Counted from the first letter of the whole stretch, positions 53,846-63,996 are shown. The stretch is DNA of 63,996 bases, filler included, from Malassezia furfur (GCA_052055015.1; 3 parts of 3 records of this genome joined end to end with filler, not necessarily neighbours in it), one strand, 5' to 3'. Translations and numbers: made by a program. The notes: generated by a model from the sequence alone, not told the origin.

Positions 53846-56536
53846 ATGGCCGATCACAGTACCAATCCGCCGCCCTCGATGCGCATCCAGCGCTCGAGGG
53901 CAAACAGTGCTTCGAGCGTGCGCGCACGCGCATCGAGCATGGGCGAAAAGGGCAAGCGCCCTGAGAATCCCGGCCGGCCACCGATACGTGGCTCGATATC
54001 ACAGCCCAACATTGGCCCTGCCTACTCGCCGCTGCTCTCCAACACGGACGATACACTTGGCGACGACGAGATAGGCGGGAGACCGGCGCGCAGTTTGCGC
54101 GCGCGCCTCATGCCGTGGACCAAGGCAGCAGCGCAGCCGGACGAAGAATACAACATGACGTCGCAGACGCCCCGCTCTGAGGTTTATGTGCCGCTCTCGA
54201 AGGATGCGCCGCGGGGGATCTTATACCCGCCCGCGACGCCCGCCGCCGAGCCGATGGCCGTAAGCGAGAGCCAGCGGTCGGCCGCCTCGTCACCGACCGC
54301 AGCGGCACAGCCCAAGCCGCACCTGACCATCGCGGAGCCTGTGCCGGTGCGTGAGTCGGCGGCAGGGGTCAATGGCGAAGACACGTCGGGAGAGGCGTCC
54401 GGGACCCGCCCTCGCCGTGGGTCGCTCGCAACGATGATGAACGCCGCCGCCGCGTCCATAAACCCACTGCCGATGATGTCGTCCATGTTGTCTGGCACGA
54501 AGAACGACGATTCACGCTCACTGCACACCATGTCGGAAACCGGCGACGCCGAGCGTGATAACACGCACCGCAGCGACGAGACCAACCTCCCCTTCGGCCG
54601 CCGGCGGTCGGCAACGGCGCCGTCCACATGGTGGCGGTCGAACGATCGGAGCGACGGCGAGACGTCCGAAGCGGCCGACGGGGGACAGCCCGCACAGCAG
54701 ATGCACTCGGACCAGATGGTCGACTACCTGGACGTGATCGACCCTGCCGTCGGTGTGTTCAACACACTGCAGAACTTTGGTAACAGCACCATGCTGCCCA
54801 ACATCCCATGGTTCTACAACCGGCGCCCGACACTGCACATCAATCGCGTCGTCGGCAGCGAGACGCAGCCGCCGAGCCCCACGTCGCCGAGTCCCACGTC
54901 GCCCACGCCGCTCTCGCCGACCTACATGGGCATAGGCGACATCCACCCGCGGTGGGAGCGCGAGGAGCTCCTCGAACAGCAGCAGCTGGAGCGCGAGGCC
55001 GAGCGCCTTGGGCGTGCCGAGCTCGCGCGCGAGGACCTCGACGCGGCGACGCCACTGCCGCCCCTGGCTGTGCGGCGGCACAGCCGCCCCCTGCCGCGGC
55101 CGCCCGTCATGGTTGCAGAGCCCACGACGAGGCTGCAGGCAGGCCCGTCGCAACTCGCGCCCGAGGCCGATTGGACGACGCCCGACGACTCGCTGCACCG
55201 GCCAAGCACGTCGCAGTCGCGCATCCCGCCGTCGTACCCTGACATCAGCACGCTGCCGACGCATGTGGCCAGCTCGGTCCAGTCGTCGCCGTCGCGAAAG
55301 TCGCTCGTGCGCGACGACTCCCTGAATACCCTGCCGGACCTGGACGGCGATGTGCACACGGACAAGTGGTGGGAGATGGACGAGGAGGAGCGCAAGGAGC
55401 TGGACAACCACATTCGGCACCTGTTGACGAACAAGAGCAAGGCGAAGCGTGTTTTGCGTGGCTTCTGGAACTTTGTGCGCACCCCGATGGGCTTCATCCT
55501 GACGACCTATGGGCTGCTCATCACCGCGTGGGGCACGTTTATCGTGCTGCTCGCCATCCCCTGGGTGCGTGTCGGCGACGACGATCGCCAGCGATACTGG
55601 ATCGAGATCTGTGACCAGGTGCTTTGTGCGCTGTTTGCCGCGGTCGGTTTGGGCTTCGCACCATTCCGCGCAGTGGATACATACCGCATGGCGTACATTG
55701 CGCACTACCACTTTCTCACATACAAGCGCCGGCGCCTGCTCAACCTGCCCGAGCTCAAGAACAAGAACGAGCTGCCACGCTACTCTAAAGGGCGCGTCGA
55801 GCGCCTGCTCAACTCGAAGGACGGCACCGAAGCCGCGCCCGAAGAGTCGGGCGAAAACCCCAAGGAGCTCACCGACCCCGCGCTGTGCCTCGAGGCGATC
55901 GGCGTAAAACACGCACGCGGCGGACACGCAGAGGAGGTATACGGGGTCGAGAAACTCTTTGGGCCATTCCCTGGGCAGCCGGGCGCGCGACACAAGAATC
56001 CCGACGAGCTACAGAAGCAGCGGCTGAAGCGTGTGCCTTCGATCGACTCGATGATCGACAGGGATACCCAGGAGGTGTCGGTCCTCAGCCCAACGGAACA
56101 GGCGACGCTGCAGCACCAGCAGCGCCTCTTCCACGCCTCCCACACGTTCTACCGCTATCGCGAAACGGCGACGCACTGGCCCTTCCCGCTCCGATTAATG
56201 ATGGCCATTGTGATCCTGCTCGACTGCCACTCAATCCTGCAGGGCACCCTCGGCGGCGTGACGTGGGGCATCGAATACAAACACCGTCCCACCGCGCTCA
56301 CCGCCACGATCATTTCCTTTTCGCTCTCGTGCAACGCCATGGCCGGCATTCTGATCTGGCAGGGCGGCAAACGCACACGCAAAACGGAGGTCGTCGAGCG
56401 TCGTCTCAAACTCGCGCTCGAGGAACGCGCCATTGAACGCATGGAACGCAAAAAACGGAAGGCCGCCAAACTCGCCGCGGCCCAGCAAGGCAAGCAGGTG
56501 ACGGCCTTCCCGTCGTCGCGGCACAGCAGTGTGTAA
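53846..56536 (+). CDS. DUF2985-like integral membrane protein
   Basis: Disordered N-terminus, then FVRTPMGF..T.YG, WIEICDQVLCALF...GLGFAPFR..D and HSILQ..L...TWG....RP motifs. Confidence 0.75.
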   Translation: MADHSTNPPPSMRIQRSRANSASSVRARASSMGEKGKRPENPGRPPIRGSISQPNIGPAYSPLLSNTDDTLGDDEIGGRPARSLRARLMPWTKAAAQPDEEYNMTSQTPRSEVYVPLSKDAPRGILYPPATPAAEPMAVSESQRSAASSPTAAAQPKPHLTIAEPVPVRESAAGVNGEDTSGEASGTRPRRGSLATMMNAAAASINPLPMMSSMLSGTKNDDSRSLHTMSETGDAERDNTHRSDETNLPFGRRRSATAPSTWWRSNDRSDGETSEAADGGQPAQQMHSDQMVDYLDVIDPAVGVFNTLQNFGNSTMLPNIPWFYNRRPTLHINRVVGSETQPPSPTSPSPTSPTPLSPTYMGIGDIHPRWEREELLEQQQLEREAERLGRAELAREDLDAATPLPPLAVRRHSRPLPRPPVMVAEPTTRLQAGPSQLAPEADWTTPDDSLHRPSTSQSRIPPSYPDISTLPTHVASSVQSSPSRKSLVRDDSLNTLPDLDGDVHTDKWWEMDEEERKELDNHIRHLLTNKSKAKRVLRGFWNFVRTPMGFILTTYGLLITAWGTFIVLLAIPWVRVGDDDRQRYWIEICDQVLCALFAAVGLGFAPFRAVDTYRMAYIAHYHFLTYKRRRLLNLPELKNKNELPRYSKGRVERLLNSKDGTEAAPEESGENPKELTDPALCLEAIGVKHARGGHAEEVYGVEKLFGPFPGQPGARHKNPDELQKQRLKRVPSIDSMIDRDTQEVSVLSPTEQATLQHQQRLFHASHTFYRYRETATHWPFPLRLMMAIVILLDCHSILQGTLGGVTWGIEYKHRPTALTATIISFSLSCNAMAGILIWQGGKRTRKTEVVERRLKLALEERAIERMERKKRKAAKLAAAQQGKQVTAFPSSRHSSV

Positions 56537-56596
56537 ACTTGTAGAATTACGTCGCTTTTGCCCTTTGCCGCCTCTTCCTCCACTTCCCCACCGCAC

Positions 56597-58476
56597 ATGT
56601 CGGACGACCAGGCGCACCGTGCGAGCGACTCCCGTGCAGGCACGCCGGTCGAGCTCTTGCGCAGCGCAGCCGCGCTCATGGATGGTGCGGACCCGCGCAC
56701 CACGCGCGGGATCAACGCGGGGCATGCCATGCCCAGCGCATCGCAGCCCCGTCGTTCGTTCAGCAAAACGTACGTGGGCCGAACGGGTTTGCTCACGCAG
56801 CACGGTGATGGCCGAGGCGGGCCGCCAGCCTTGGTACGACCAGGACGGCCACCCGATCTCCCCTTACATTGTCGGTGTCGCGGGCGGCAGCGCGAGTGGA
56901 AAAACGTCTATCGCGAAAGAGATTCTGCGGCACCTGCCCAACGTGCCTTGGGTCGCGATCGTGTCACAGGACGCCTTCTACCGCCCGCTGAACGCCGCCG
57001 AGACCAAGCTCGCGTTTAAGCAAAACTTTGACTTTGACCACCCCAATGCCATCGACCAGGAGCTGCTTGTACAGTGCATCCGCGACCTGAAGGAGTCGCG
57101 TGCCGTACAAATCCCCGTGTACAGTTTCACCCAGCACCAGCGTACGGACGAGTCGACCTACCTGTACGGGCATGCAGTGGTCGTCGTCGAGGGCCTCTTT
57201 GTGCTACAGGATAGGGCGCTCGTTGACCTGCTGGACCTGAAAATCTTTGTGCAGACCGACCCCGACGTGATGCTTGCACGGCGCATACGCCGCGACATTG
57301 TCGAGCGCGGCCGCTCGATCGACGGCGTGCTAGACCAGTACTTCCGGTTCGTCAAGCCGTCGTTTGACACGTTCGGTACGTGCTCTCTTTGCTGACCCAG
57401 TCGGACCAACGGCACGCTATGCAGACATTATTGTGCCGGGCGCCAACAACGCGGTCGCGATCGATGTGATTGCGCAGCACATTGCCAGACAGCTCACGCG
57501 CAACTACGCATGCCTACTTAACGAGTCCATACCCCGCGCCATGTCGGCTTCGCAGACCCATGGCTTCCCCGCATCGCGCTTGGTCGTCGGGACCTCGGAG
57601 CAAGGCGCGCCGATGCACGCGATCGAACGCGCGCCCTTTAGCGACCCCGTGGCGCCTGCGCACGTCGAAGCGCCCATCGCGATGCATGACGTCAAGCATG
57701 TTGCGCCGCTGCCGCCCAACGTGCTTGTGGTGCGCCAAACGGCCCAGTTGGTCGGTTTGCTCACGCTCCTTCACAATGCCGACACACACTCGAGCGAGTT
57801 TGCGTACGCATGCAAGCGCATCGGTGCGCACGTCGTCGAGACCGCCATGTCGCTTCTGCCGTACCGCCCGTGCGAGGTGCCGCTGCACACCGGCGGCACC
57901 TACACGGGCGTGGAGCTGGACGCGCAGTACATCTGCGGCGTCTCCATCCTGCGCTCTGGCGCGATTCTCGAGGCGCCACTCCGGCGCGCCCTGCCTGCGC
58001 TTGCGCTTGGCTCCTTGCTCATCCAGAGCTCTGATACCAACTACCGCCCACTGCTCTACTCCGTGTCGCTCCCGTCGTTTGTGAAGCAGCGCGACACGGC
58101 GCAGCATACCTATGTGTTCCTAACCGAGGCCCAGATCGGGACGGGCGCCGCCGCCTTTATGGCCGTACGCGTACTGCTTGACCACGGCGTGCCCGAGAAC
58201 CAGATCATTGTGCTGACGCTCCTGGCGTCCGCCAAGAGTGGTGTGTGGGCGCTGCAGCATGCCTTCCCCGGTGTGCGCATCGTTGCTGGCGGTGTGGATC
58301 CTGGTCTGCAAAAGTTTGTGTGGTCGACCGCGCAGCGCCGCCCCCACGCGCGCGCGCGCGCTGCGGCATCGGCCGCGGAGAGCGACAGCGACGCGGAGGA
58401 AACGGTTGCCAAGCGTGTCGTTTTTGCGATCACGCCGGGCTGCGGTCAAATGGGCGACCGATACTGGGGCACATGA
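56597..58476 (+). CDS. URK1: Uridine kinase with C-terminal UPRTase-like domain. Introns 56770-56800, 57376-57400
   Basis: GRQPWY, GVAGGSASGKT, QDAFY, FDHPNA, RRDIVERGR, GVSILRSG and VLLDHGV motifs. Confidence 0.9.
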
Positions 58477-58711
58477 CCAATGGGATTTCCTTGCCAGTGA
58501 GATAGTGCGCCTCGTGATTGGCGCGTGTGGGCCCACTGCCTGCGTGGGCCCAACGGGCGGAGTCGGCGTGCAGCACCGCTCGCCTCGACCGTCGTCGACG
58601 CTGTGTGTGGGCAACTGCTTGGTTGTCGATAGTAGAGAGCTGTAACAGTACGGCGCTGGTGTATAACGGGTGCAGTTTTACCCACATCCGCACCTCATAA
58701 CAACCGCCACC

Positions 58712-60190
58712 ATGTTTCGCTCGTTCGGGAAGATGATGAGCGGCGTGTCGAAGCGGGGTAAAGGCCGCGGCAGCGACGAACGGGGTCCAGAGGACGTCGT
58801 TGATGCGTCCAGTACGCGCTCGCGCGACTCCTTCTCCTCCGCACGGCAGGCCGACAACTCGTCCGACATGAACAACACCGAGGTCATTCCTCCGCCGCCC
58901 AGCGGCTCGCCCAAACTGTCGCGCAGCGCCAGCAAAAGCCACGCACGCCCAAGTGGCCACACGACCACCGATGCGAGTGACGTGCCCAGTCTCAAGTCCA
59001 GAGATGCACCGACTCGCAGCGAGGGCACACAGCCCATGCTCGCAGTCCCATCGGGATCGTCGAGCAAGGCGGCCGCCAATCATCCCGTGCGCTCGCCGGA
59101 CCCCCGGGGCTCGGGCGGCGGCGGAGGCAGCGGCGGCGTGCCGGTCGCCAACGCATGGGGCCCGACCTCGCCCCAGTCCAACTCGTACACGGGCGCATCG
59201 CCCATTTCAACGAGCGTGCAGAGCGCCGATGGCGTCAAGACGTTTGACATTGACGACATGATCACCCGCCTGCTCGAGGCCGGCTACTCGAGCAAAATGC
59301 CCAAGCCCGCGCTCAAGATCCCGGAAATCATGGCCGTGTGCCAGGCGGCGCGCGAGGTGTTCTTGAGCCAACCGACGCTGATCGAACTGAGCCCGCCCGT
59401 GAAGATCGTGGGCGACACACACGGGCAGTACCAGGATGTGCTGCGCCTGTTTGACATGTGCGGCTTCCCGCCCGCGTCCAACTACCTGTTCCTGGGCGAC
59501 TATGTGGACCGCGGCAAGCAGTCGCTCGAGACCATCCTGCTGCTGCTGTGCTACAAAATCAAGTACCCCGAAAACTTCTTTTTGTTGCGGGGCAACCACG
59601 AATGTGCCAATGTGACGCGCGTCTATGGCTTCTACGACGAGTGCAAGCGGCGGCTCAATATCCGGATCTGGAAGACGTTTATCGATGTCTTTAACACATT
59701 GCCGATCGCGGCCATCGTCGCCTCCAAGATTTTCTGTGTGCACGGCGGCCTGTCCCCGTCGCTATCCAACATGGACGATATCCGGCGGATTGAGCGGCCC
59801 ACGGGTGTGCCCGACTATGGGCTGCTCAACGACCTGCTCTGGAGCGATCCGAGCGACACCGCACTGGACTGGGAGGACAACGAGCGCGGCGTGAGCTACT
59901 GTTTTGGCAAGGCCGTCATCCAGCAGTTCCTGGCTCAGTACGACTTTGACCTGATCTGCCGGGCACATATGGTGGTGGAGGACGGGTACGAGTTCTGGAA
60001 CGAGCGGACATTGGTGACGGTGTTTAGTGCGCCCAACTACTGTGGCGAATTTGACAATTTCGGCGCGGTGATGAGTGTGTCGGAAGATTTGCTGTGCGCC
60101 TTTGAGCTGCTCAAGCCGCTCGATGGCCCGGCACTGAAAAAAGAGATGGCGAGGAACAAGCGCAAGAACCTGCAGCAGCAGCAACAACAA

Positions 60191-60242
<52 letters not shown>

Positions 60243-60295
60243 TGACACCTCAGCAGCAGCAGGTTCAGCAGCCACAACAGACACCCCCGCCCTAG
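58712..60295 (+). CDS. PPZ1: Ser/Thr protein phosphatase PP-Z (PP1-like) with poly-Q tail
   Basis: Disordered Ser-rich N-terminus, then [28 protein letters not shown] and the PPZ-type [13 protein letters not shown]. Confidence 0.9.
60173..60241 (+). repeat. CAG/CAA trinucleotide repeat (about 23 Gln)
   Basis: Read directly from the sequence. Confidence 0.95.
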
Positions 60296-60435
60296 ATGTT
60301 GACAAAAAAGGGCCGAGCATACGGCGAAGATCGACGTTGTATAGATTCTTCCTAGCATACGAATTTACGACCGAGGCGCACGACCGATCCATCTTCTTAG
60401 CTAAGCACCGAATGCACACGGACCAACCGTGCACC

Positions 60436-61374
60436 ATGGCCGATTCGGCACAGGCGCTGGCCGTGGATGTGCACGACCTAAGCTACCAGTTTGGACCCCA
60501 GGCCGCAAATGCACTCGAGCGGTGTACACTGCGTCTCCAACCTGGCGCGCGGTGCTTATTGATCGGTGCGAATGGCGCGGGGAAAAGCACCCTGTTGCGC
60601 CTCTTGGCAGGAAAACGGCTCGCGGATGCCAACATCAAGGTGTTTGGACAGGATGTGTTCCGCTCACCACCGCGCGGCATCACCTATTTGGGTACCGAGT
60701 GGGCGATGAATCCGGTCGTACGGAGCGACATCACGGTCTCCTATTTCTTGGACTCGGTGGGCGGTTTCCGTCATGCCGAACGCCGTGACCGCTTGCTTGA
60801 CTTGCTCGATGTGGATCTCTCGTGGCGAATGCACGCAATCAGTGACGGAGAGCGTCGTCGTGTACAGCTATGCATGGGACTTATGGAGCCGTACCGACTG
60901 TTGCTTCTCGACGAGGTCACCGTCGACCTCGACGTGCAGGTGCGCTGCGACCTACTCGACTTTCTGAAGGAAGAGAGCGAGCAACGGGGTGCGACCATTG
61001 TGTACGCAACGCACATTTTTGATGGCATCCACCAATTTCCTACTGACATTGTTCACATCCAGTTGGGTCGCACGGTGTCGGATGTGCCACTGCCCTGGCC
61101 CATCCGTCTTACTTCCGAGCTCCCCGAGGCGGTGTACACTGTGCTCCCGCAGTCTCTCCGCGAGAGCATTGCCACCGGTCACGCGCCAACGCACGAGCTC
61201 TCGCTGCTAGATCTCGCTCTCGCGTGGCTGCGCGAAGACCGCGTTTTGCGCGAGCAGCAAGAGCGTGCCCGAGGGATCAAGCGCGGCCGTGCACTGCGTG
61301 GACCTGACGAGGAGACGACGGACGCCAAAAAGTTCTTCCGGCAATACGACTACTATACGAACTACACACGGTAA
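60436..61374 (+). CDS. CAF16: Caf16-like soluble ABC ATPase
   Basis: GANGAGKST, YLGTEW, WRMHAISDGERRRVQL, LLDEVTVDLDV and YATHIFDG motifs. Confidence 0.9.
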   Translation: MADSAQALAVDVHDLSYQFGPQAANALERCTLRLQPGARCLLIGANGAGKSTLLRLLAGKRLADANIKVFGQDVFRSPPRGITYLGTEWAMNPVVRSDITVSYFLDSVGGFRHAERRDRLLDLLDVDLSWRMHAISDGERRRVQLCMGLMEPYRLLLLDEVTVDLDVQVRCDLLDFLKEESEQRGATIVYATHIFDGIHQFPTDIVHIQLGRTVSDVPLPWPIRLTSELPEAVYTVLPQSLRESIATGHAPTHELSLLDLALAWLREDRVLREQQERARGIKRGRALRGPDEETTDAKKFFRQYDYYTNYTR

Positions 61375-61422
61375 GTTTCGTAGGCTCATAGGTCCACACC
61401 CCGAGACCAAAGGCAACGACTT

Positions 61423-61526
61423 GGCTGAGTGGCGCAACGGTAGCGCGTCTGATTCCAGCATGTTGGAATACAATGTCCTGCAGGGGAGTCTCCAGAAGGT
61501 TATCCGTTCGAATCGGGTCTCGGTCA
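61423..61526 (+). tRNA. tRNA-Trp(CCA) with intron at about 61459-61490
   Basis: Acceptor GGCTGAG/CTCGGTC, D arm GCGC-AACGGTA-GCGC, anticodon CCA at 61455-61457, T arm ATCCG-TTCGAAT-CGGGT. The body resembles eukaryotic tRNA-Trp. Confidence 0.85.
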
Positions 61527-61528
61527 AC

Positions 61529-61534
61529 TTTTTT
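61529..61534 (+). terminator. Pol III terminator (T6) of the tRNA
   Basis: T-run 2 nt after the discriminator base. Confidence 0.75.
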
Positions 61535-61635
61535 GGGTGGATCGTTTCGTCCACACCTATTTTTTTGGAGCCTCCACTTCCCACGTGGATTAGGAGAAAT
61601 TTTGTCGCAGCGCGCTTGTCCTTTGACGCACGACG

Positions 61636-63465
61636 ATGGCTGGCGGGAAAGACCGCCGCAAAGGCGGCAAGCATTCCGCGGAGGCACTCAAGGTGCAGTC
61701 GGATAGCATTGCGAAATCGACGCGTCTGCCTGTGTCGCTGCAGCAGTCGACGCCGGAGGACACGCTGGGCATGAAACCGCCCAAGTCGCTCTCCAACATC
61801 AAGGACAAGAAGCTGCGTTCAGACCTGTCGAAGCAATATATCTCGCGCAAGCGTGCGGAGCGGCATGCGGAGCTTGCGGATGAGTACCTTCATGGTGCGA
61901 TCCCCGGCGAAGAGGCTGGGATGATTGAACCTGAGAACGAGATGGAGCGAACGGCGCGAGTGACCCAGGCGCAGATCCAGAGTGAAGTGGGCGTAGAGAC
62001 GGCGCGCAAAGGCTTTGAGCTGCACCTTGGTGGTGGGCGTGGCGGCACGCCGAGTTTGGGCCCATACCGTCTGGACTATACGCGCAACGGCCGGCATCTG
62101 TTGCTCGGTGGCCGGAAAGGCCATCTGGCCGCGTTTGACTGGCAGTCGGGCAAGCTTTCGTGCGAGATTCAGGTGCGAGAGACGGTGCGGGATGTGTGCT
62201 GGCTGCACGACCAGTCGTTCTTTGCCGCGGCACAGAAAAAGTATACATACATCTACGACCAAAACGGTTTGGAGATCCACCGGCTCAAGGACCACATCGA
62301 GGTGAACCGTCTGCAGTTCCTGCCGTACCACTTCCTCCTGGCATCGGTGGGCAAGGCCGGCTACCTCAAGTACCAGGACACGTCTACGGGCCAGCTGGTC
62401 GCGTCACACCGCACGGGTCTTGGCTCGTGTGCGACCATGGCGCAGAATCCGCTCACGGCGGTGATCCACCTCGGCCACGCCAACGGCACCGTGACGCTCT
62501 GGACACCCAACTTGTCCACGCCGGCGATCAAGATGCTCGCGCACCGCGGCCCCGTGTCCGGCATCGCGATCAACGCGCACGAGGGTGGGCGCGAGATGGT
62601 CACGGGCGGCCTCGACGGCCACGTCAAGGTGTGGGACATGCGTATGCTCGGCAAGGGTCCACGGCGCGAGTGGATCACGCGCCGCCCGCCGAGCGACGTG
62701 GCGTACTCGCAGCGCGGCCTGCTTGGCGTTGCGTGGGGCTCGCACGTGAGCATGTACCATACCCAGGCGCCGCTCGGTGCGGCGCCACCCGGCCCGTACT
62801 TGACGCACAACTTTGCGCAAGAGGTGCCGCTGTCGCTGCGATTCTGCCCGTACGAGGATGTGCTGGGCGTGGGCCGTGCGTCCGGGTTCAGCAGCGTGCT
62901 GGTGCCTGGCAGCGGTGAGCCGACGTTTGACTCGAGCGAGGCGGATCCGTTCGAGACCAAGGCGCGCCGGCGCGAGCGCGAGGTGCGCAGCCTGCTGGAC
63001 AAGATCCAGCCAGAGATGATCACGGTGGACCCGACGCTGGTGGGTCAGCTGGACACGCGTGCGTCGCGCGCAGACCAGCCGGTCGTGGCGTCGGGCGGCG
63101 GCGAGGGTGTGCCGCGGGCCGCCGACGGCACGCCGTATGCGCGCCTGACGCGTGCGCAGCGGCTGCAGCTCGATGCGGCGCTCGAGACCGAGGCGGATGC
63201 GGACCTGGATGCGGACGAGGCGCCCGCCGTGCCGCGCAAGGGCGTGGTGCGCGAAAAGAACAAGGCGCGCGGGCGCAACGCCTCGATGAAAAAGTACCTG
63301 CGCAAGAAGCGCCAAAACGTCGTGGACGCCAACACCACGGCGCTGCGCGAGAAGTACCGGCGCGAGAAGGAGCGTGCGCGGCACGCGCGGCACGGCACGG
63401 CGCCTGCGCAGCACGAGCCGTCGGCACTCGACGTGTTTGCCAACGTGCGCGGCCCGCGCAAGTAG
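61636..63465 (+). CDS. UTP7: U3 snoRNP/SSU processome protein Utp7 (WDR46)
   Basis: GPYRLDYTRNGRHLLLGGRKGH, FLPYHFLL, HLGHANGTVTLWTPN, FCPYEDVLG and BING4CT EREVRSLLDKIQPEMI motifs. Confidence 0.93.
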   Translation: MAGGKDRRKGGKHSAEALKVQSDSIAKSTRLPVSLQQSTPEDTLGMKPPKSLSNIKDKKLRSDLSKQYISRKRAERHAELADEYLHGAIPGEEAGMIEPENEMERTARVTQAQIQSEVGVETARKGFELHLGGGRGGTPSLGPYRLDYTRNGRHLLLGGRKGHLAAFDWQSGKLSCEIQVRETVRDVCWLHDQSFFAAAQKKYTYIYDQNGLEIHRLKDHIEVNRLQFLPYHFLLASVGKAGYLKYQDTSTGQLVASHRTGLGSCATMAQNPLTAVIHLGHANGTVTLWTPNLSTPAIKMLAHRGPVSGIAINAHEGGREMVTGGLDGHVKVWDMRMLGKGPRREWITRRPPSDVAYSQRGLLGVAWGSHVSMYHTQAPLGAAPPGPYLTHNFAQEVPLSLRFCPYEDVLGVGRASGFSSVLVPGSGEPTFDSSEADPFETKARRREREVRSLLDKIQPEMITVDPTLVGQLDTRASRADQPVVASGGGEGVPRAADGTPYARLTRAQRLQLDAALETEADADLDADEAPAVPRKGVVREKNKARGRNASMKKYLRKKRQNVVDANTTALREKYRREKERARHARHGTAPAQHEPSALDVFANVRGPRK

Positions 63466-63496
63466 GAATGTGCGACATTCGTCTTTGTCTACTAGA

Positions 63497-63996
63497 TTAC
63501 AAACAGATGACCCACAGCACCACAAACAGCGCAAGGTACAGCGCGACCATCGTCTTGACGATCGGCCCGGTGAGCGGCGGCGTGCGCCGCTGCACGTTGC
63601 GCAGCGCCTCGAGCTCGGCGTCGGTGAGGTTGGTGCGCCCGCGCTGCTCCACGACGCGCTCGTAGCCGCGCACAGGCGCGTCCATCGCGTCCCACCACGT
63701 CTTGTTCGACGCATACTGCTGCGCGCGCTGTCCCATGGTCGCACGCAGCGTGCGGTCGCGGATCAGGCGCTCGAGGAGGATGCTGTAGGCCTGCGCACAC
63801 GGCTGGAAGGAGGGCGCGCTCGGCGACATGGTCGCCGCAAACTCCTTCACGCTCGGGATCGGAGTCGGGAGGCCGGGCTTGAGCGAGCTCGAGGCCGCGT
63901 GCGGCACGGCGGTCTGCGTCGTGTGCAGCGGCTGCGACGCGTCGCGCACCGGCAGCGCTCCAAAGCCGCGGTCGCCACGCTGCGGCGCGCGCGTCG
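63497..63996 (-). CDS. C-terminal end of a probable GT4-family glycosyltransferase with C-terminal TM; begins beyond the window
   Basis: LIRDRTLRATMGQRAQQYASNKTWWDAM...YE is typical of a GT-B/GT4 C-terminal helix, followed by a hydrophobic tail. Confidence 0.55.
   Translation of the reverse strand, partial: TRAPQRGDRGFGALPVRDASQPLHTTQTAVPHAASSSLKPGLPTPIPSVKEFAATMSPSAPSFQPCAQAYSILLERLIRDRTLRATMGQRAQQYASNKTWWDAMDAPVRGYERVVEQRGRTNLTDAELEALRNVQRRTPPLTGPIVKTMVALYLALFVVLWVICL

Noticed and set aside
61401..61523. Upstream CCGAGACC complementary to the tRNA 3' side (GGTCTCGG), suggesting an alternative or permuted fold
   Set aside because: Only 8 bp, and the standard cloverleaf already explains the gene. 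Probably chance.
17751..63465. Ribosome-biogenesis gene cluster (Slx9-like, DHR1, RRS1, UTP7)
   Set aside because: The genes are spread over three contigs and belong to a large functional class. The upstream A/T-tracts are too degenerate to call RRPE.

Overview
Gene-dense, high-GC fungal (basidiomycete) genomic DNA, very probably Malassezia. The malate dehydrogenase at 23177-24284 looks like the M. furfur allergen Mala f 4. The window is three contigs joined by two artificial 100-bp N-spacers containing TTAATTAATTAA. I can support about 37 protein-coding genes, mostly housekeeping (Blm10, Stl1-like transporter, two MAPKKKs, Spf1, Ric1, Mdh, OPT, Ohr, Dhr1, Vma6, Hos3, Cdc40, Rrs1, Ice2, Arl3, complex I 75 kDa, Urk1, Ppz1, Caf16, Utp7 and others), plus one intron-containing tRNA-Trp. 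No mobile elements or CRISPR arrays were seen. The strongest signal is a system of ultra-short spliceosomal introns: about 49 reconstructed by hand, all 21-36 nt. They include 13 in the 3' half of one OPT gene, two GC-AG introns and one intron splitting a start codon. Other points of interest are a stand-alone C-terminal half of 5-oxoprolinase head-to-head with a SAM-less Ste11, a tRNA-Trp with a 4-bp anticodon stem, an Arl3 with degenerate G3/G4 motifs, a probably inactive HNH protein, and a recurrent CACGTG motif in tiny promoters. All family assignments come from motif recognition, not database searches.
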